Assembly: GCA_951406725.2 (NCBI GenBank)
Contig: OX597832.1
Span: forward strand, 12,152,001 to 12,216,000
DNA from: Octopus vulgaris
Lineage: Eukaryota
Direction of reading: 5' to 3'
Length of the DNA: 64,000 nt
The stretch's first letter is position 1; every line of letters starts with the position of its first letter. Positions 58,283-64,000 of the stretch are shown in pieces. The notes under the pieces are model-generated. The model did no database searches and had not been told where the DNA came from. It saw nothing but the letters and a program-made list of their open reading frames with translations. Position numbers and translations under genes: made by a program.

Positions 58283-58546
58283 AATACATATATATGTGCG
58301 TTAATACATATGTATTTACATACACACACGCTTATACACAGATTATATAAATCTATTCATATATACTTGTGTATATGTGCGTGTGTGTGTGCATGAGAAT
58401 ATATATACCATTCTATAACTACGTGCTGAGTACGACAAATATATTTTCGTCAAATTGCCCCTGTTCTCTTGATAAGTGGAGAAAAACAAATATATTGTAA
58501 GGTATTGGCCATAGAAAATTACAGACATATATAGCTTTCCCCTTAG

Positions 58547-58612
58547 ATTTGTCAACGAAATTTTAGCTACGGCTGAGGAGCAGCTGCCGGAAGAGCAGCA
58601 AGAAAATCTACT
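58547..58612 (+). CDS. Candidate internal coding exon, product unknown (FVNEILATAEEQLPEEQQENL)
   Basis: Acceptor ctttccccttag, donor gtaaga, 66 nt, phase 2-2, GC-richer than its flanks, helical E/Q-rich peptide. No homologue recognised. Confidence 0.42.
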
Positions 58613-59236
58613 GTAAGAACACAGCAAAATAAAGTAACAAACCGTGACGTATAATGTTTACGTCAACTGAAATATATGCGTTACATAAAACAAATATCAG
58701 TATTTGTCATTTTGTCGATTTTAACAATATGGTGACAGAAGCACATATGTTACTTACACCTACGTTCTAATGGAATCTGTTACTGTAAAATAGACAGCAG
58801 GCATATTGCTAGTAGCGGCGGTGATCGGGACAACTTTTCTTTTTATCGAAGGAAGTCCGTTCTTAATACCAGCAGTGTTGGTGACTTTCGCATAATCATT
58901 TACCATTTCCACCTTATCGAGCATAAAACGGTATTTTTTTTTTTTTTGTAGTTATCATAGAGACGTTATTTCCTTAACAATATATGTACCATGTTATTCA
59001 TTATTTTTGGAATACCAGTGAAACATTTCTATGAAAGCGTATCATTAAATAGACTTTGCATGACGAAACAAACCTCTTGCTGTTCTGCATTGATATGATC
59101 GGCACTAAATCCAATGCGTGATCTGATCTTTCCCTGTTAATAAACCTAACAATAAACTCAGAACAGAGCTGCCCATCATGAATCGTATCTGAACCGTGAA
59201 TAATTATTTCCGCTATTCTCACAAACGGATATAAAG

Positions 59237-59270
<34 letters not shown>

Positions 59271-59466
59271 ACATACACACATATATATATATGTGTGTGT
59301 GTACATATATCTATATACATATATACATAAACGTATGTATATAAATATATATGTATGTATGTATGAATGAGTGTATATATACATATATATGTATACACAT
59401 ACGTATATGTATGTATATAGATATATGTATATATACATGTACCTATATGTATATATAGACATATAG

Positions 59467-59507
<41 letters not shown>

Positions 59508-60744
59508 AGCCATGCTCATAGCAAAACTATGCGACCCACTTTCGAGTTACATATAATGCAATAGCGCTTAAATTATGTCGATAATAATCTAGCAAATTGC
59601 AAAAGACAATAATATCACAACATCGCTGCGTCCAATTCTGTTGAAACGTAGCACCGCTATGTCTAGTCATAAAGAATACAATACAGCTTTATGGAGCATT
59701 ACAGTCATAATGTTTTTCCTGTATGAATATGTGACATATATGAATATATGAATATATGGCATCTCCATGTATGATTAATTTGGAAGTATGTCGACTTTGA
59801 TTTGTTTGTGATTGCGTACGATAAAGAAGTCTCAATCAACGCGTAGGTAACTCTGATACTATCGACTACGTGCGTATTGCAAGTAAAATACTTTATTTAC
59901 CAACGTGCGAGAGATAAATGAGATTGAAAGGTTACGGGAATATGTAATTTTTGAAATAGCTTACGTTCCTAATAAGGCAAAATTCAAATTTTGGATATTT
60001 TTCATATAACATCAGTATGATACCAATTAGAGCAAGTTAGAAAAGGCGTATATTATTTTTGATGAAGTAGTAATAGAAAGACATAGTTTATTGTAAAGCT
60101 AATTATGTTACGTTATGAATACTGAGCTGCTTCGTTTTCTGTTGAACTCATAGACTGAAAACATATTTTTGGGAACGCTACCGAATTCTTTAACCTCCAT
60201 GTGTCTTTCCAGTTTTTTGGAGTGGAAGAATGGGGTGACGTTATCCTCATATTGGGGACTTATCGATAGCTTAAAAGGAGTGAATTCATAAAATAAAAAA
60301 ATGATAGTGCCAAATAATCTAAGAATTAAATTTGCCACCCAAGATCAGCAATTACTGAAATTAGTTCAATAAGGAATGTCATTTGATTTTTTACTATATC
60401 TACCAATCAGACACCCTTGAATGATAATTTGGTTTATCGATTCAGATAGGATAAATGGAAACTTATATATGTGCAATAATTCCCTTTCGAGTACAGGCTG
60501 CCGGAATAGCTTTTGCCCTCCATTCCAAAGAGGATGCACATTCGCCAGTTAAAGAATCGTATATATAAATGCAGCTGCAGATTTTTAAATCTATCTGTAG
60601 CCCTATATCAGATTCGAAACCGACAGCAAAGAGGGATATTATGTTATGCAACCAGCAGGATCTGAAACTGTTTGGTGGGATAACACATGAAAGTGTAGCA
60701 TCTTAGATCTTTACTAATCAAGGTACATGGAGGATATTCTGTTT

Positions 60745-61168
60745 CACCGATTCTCAACTGTCATTATCTTTTTTTACCTATGGAGCATTTTTACTACTAC
60801 CTTATTCTGGTGGAACCCCATAGCTATACAGTAATTAAAACCTAGTTTATCAGACTTCTTTCGAAATTCCTATTTTGTTTTTTACATACTAACTCGTGTT
60901 AGTTGGACGATATAAAACGTTAGAGAAAGAAATGGAGCTGTTTCTTGCAAATAAAAAACCTCAAAAGGAGATTATTTTTTTCATAGATTCTCAATATACT
61001 TAATATAAGCGAAAGAGTGCCTGTGTGGTAAGTAGCTTGCTTATCAACCACACGGTTCCGAGTTCAGTCCCACAGCGTGGCTCCTTGGGCAAGTGTCTTC
61101 TACTATAGCCTCGAGCCGACCAAAGACTTGCGAGTAGATTTGGTAGACGGAAACTGAAAGAAATCCGT

Positions 61169-61247
<79 letters not shown>

Positions 61248-61604
61248 TTATATATATATATATTATGTATGTATGTATGTGTGTGTATATGTTTGTGTGT
61301 CTGTGTTTCTGCCCCAACATCGCTTGACAACCGATGCTGGTGCGTTTACGTACCCGTAACATAGCTGTTCGGCAAAAGAGACTGACAGAATAAGTGCTAG
61401 GCTTACACAGAATAAGTCCTGGGGTCGATTTGCTCGACTAAAGGCAGTGCTCCAGCATGGCCACAGTCACATAACTGAAACAAGTAAAAGGTTAAAAAGA
61501 GTATACTAATATGGGCCTCCAATTTACTAGTTTGCTTGCGTGGACCCCTAACAGTCTTACATGGAAACCTTTGGAGATACATGGGCTTTGGTTGAGAACC
61601 ACTG
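60745..61604. mobile_element. Probable hAT (Charlie-like) MITE, interrupted by a group D SINE
   Basis: Right end gttgagaaccactg (reverse complement cagtggttctcaac); left end caccgattctcaac matches 11/14; no 8-bp target-site duplication retained. Confidence 0.5.
61007..61501 (+). mobile_element. SINE group D, full length, with expanded internal (TA)n
   Basis: Colinear with 21628-22043; imperfect target-site duplication tatac(t)taatat at ~60995 and ~61502. Confidence 0.92.
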
Positions 61605-62381
61605 CCCTACATGATAGCAAAAGCGTCTAGAAATAACAGGCAAGTCTAACTGAGAATATATCCTACACACTTTACTACAGGACACATTGAAGACTGGAGT
61701 CTTAGAATATAAAAATACGGCAACCATCAAAACAAGAATGTATTTGACAGTAGATCTGCTCTTTCAAATATTCAAGAAATAGAAAGATCTGGAAAGGCAA
61801 TGAGTACTGAATAGCAGCAACTCACAAAATATATATGCATGATCGTCGTAATCAGTCTGGGAATATCATAGAATAGATCATGAATAGAATTTTGTCAAGA
61901 TTTTACAATACACAGAAAAAGTTATGGTTGATTTACTGAAGACACGGAGAAATTAATTTCCAGTAAAGCTAAATGGATATTGATCATATTAGGTGTTCAT
62001 ATTAAATAATAGACGAATAACCGTAAATAACAGAATCCATAATTTCAGAGTGTCTTGAGTTTTGGAGAGCAAGGAAGCAGACAAAAGCATTAAAATATCC
62101 CGGAAATCAACAGAGCACATAATACAAGAAACCTAATGAAGCATACAAACACAATACAAGACTGGACCCCAAACGGCATAGCTGTACGGACATCGTTAAT
62201 ATCGACGCGTACATGATTGTGCATAATATTAGCATTTCGGTATTGAAAATAGAAACAAAAATAATCATAATACTAAACCTATTATATAGTATAAATAACT
62301 GAATTAATTTTTAGATTCAGATTACGACTAAAATGGCAGAATTAGAGCGTCACAAAAACACGTTGTCTTTTATTATACCAG

Positions 62382-62468
62382 CTGCAATAGAATATATAAT
62401 CAATCGAATAAATACATCGATAATATTGACGAGCATCCTACTTTCAGAACAGCTTGACTTCAGCTTAA
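62382..62468 (+). other. Candidate exon
   Basis: Acceptor gtcttttattataccag, donor gtaaga, 87 nt; phase-1 frame open, phase-2 frame has one TGA. Confidence 0.28.
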
Positions 62469-62744
62469 GTAAGAACTTACTGTGTTCTATCGCTAAAGCT
62501 GTGTGCTGGCAAAACGTTTAGATATTTGCGATATTTACTTCAGCTCCTTTACGATCTATGTTCAAATCCAGTCGAGATTTACTTTTCCACTCATTTCTCT
62601 GGGGTCGCTTAATCATTGTACTGTCAGGTAATAGTTGACACAAGTGATAAAAACCGGAGTCCTTGAAAGTTACTGAACTATTGCCTAAATCAGAAAACTA
62701 GTAGTGGCTATTATTTCTTTGAGTATTCAGATTTCTACTAGTAG

Positions 62745-62747
<3 letters not shown>

Positions 62748-62807
<60 letters not shown>

Positions 62808-62827
62808 TGATGATGATGATGATAATA
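62748..62827. repeat. (AAT)n(GAT)n microsatellite
   Basis: Directly visible. Confidence 0.97.
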
Positions 62828-63249
62828 CTGCTTTTGTTATCATTATCATAATCATGCTAAATTTCCAGGGAATTAACTAAGTTGCAATATTAGAAAAGGA
62901 AATGAAACGTGCGATATACATACAACATTTAAAGTCATTTTTGCAATATATAATGAAATATATAATTTAGCAGAGGCAAGGGTAGTGGTGGGAGGCAAAT
63001 GAAATAATTGAGAGAATGAAACTCAATTACATTTAATATTAGAAATTGTAAACACATGATAACTTTTTGCAATGATTAAAAGCTCAAAACGAAAAACAAA
63101 GAAAAAAAAAACCCTATTGGTTTTCATAACAGCTATGTAGCTCTAACATATTGTTATCTTCCAACAATAGAGAGGAAATATGATTGTATTATCATAGTAT
63201 CAAAAATATATAAATCGGAATGAAAAGTGAGTATATAAATGTATGTGAG

Positions 63250-63291
<42 letters not shown>

Positions 63292-63677
63292 TCTGGATTA
63301 ACTTGCTACAAAATGAGTTAAGAATTAATACAATTTCGAAACGGGAGACAGGAATCTTATAGAATGTAATTTTAAGCTTTTCATTGGTTGTATAGTGTAT
63401 AATGAATGGAACGAGAATTACATTTAGAAAGCCACTATTGTGTTTTGCTTTCAATTGCATACAGGAAAATTCCTGAATGCTATGGATATACGTGCTTACA
63501 AAAACATATATAATTACGAACATATAAACACACAAACACACATACACACATATGTGAGTGTGCGTATGTATTTATACACGCGTATATATGCACATATACG
63601 TATACACATACGTACGCACATATACATACAGATATATGAATATATACATATAACATGATATAATATAATATAATATA

Positions 63678-63723
<46 letters not shown>

Positions 63724-64000
63724 GGACTCATTTCTAGACCAGATATACGTCTGAGTATGCATATATTTATACATATATATCAAGATGTGCAATTGTGTAT
63801 ATGAGTTGTTTGATCGAGTGCATAGAATTTTGGTCGCTAAATTTTCAATGTGCGAAACTAGTGTATGCTTGTTCATTAGTCTGAGTATTATATATATATA
63901 TATATATATACAGGTATGTATGTATCTATGTATATACATACGCATTTCTATGTACTTTCCCCAAATAAGCTTATAAATTAAAACATTTTCCATCTTTGTG

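Overview
AT-rich eukaryotic intronic/intergenic DNA, dominated by microsatellites and interspersed repeats. The repeat complement (tRNA-derived SINEs, very long (TA)n arrays) is what I associate with Octopus genomes; this is inference, not a search result. No complete protein-coding gene, rRNA, true tRNA or CRISPR array is supported, and nearly all long ORFs in the track are (TA)n/(CA)n/(TAA)n artefacts. Supported content: (i) about 15 SINE copies in three groups, labelled here A/B, C and D (my labels); (ii) three decayed R4/Dong-clade non-LTR retrotransposons with REL-endonuclease motifs, plus a probable fourth 3' end, all beside (TAA)n; (iii) two non-autonomous Helitrons of one family; (iv) short Penelope-like fragments with hammerhead-ribozyme-like cores; (v) a probable hAT MITE; (vi) a few low-confidence candidate exons. 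The most interesting signals are combinatorial body/tail shuffling among the SINEs, a SINE dimer with a recurrent junction at an RNA hairpin, a 1.9-kb (TA)n array starting exactly at a SINE's internal microsatellite site, and a minimal hammerhead core at 1257-1291.
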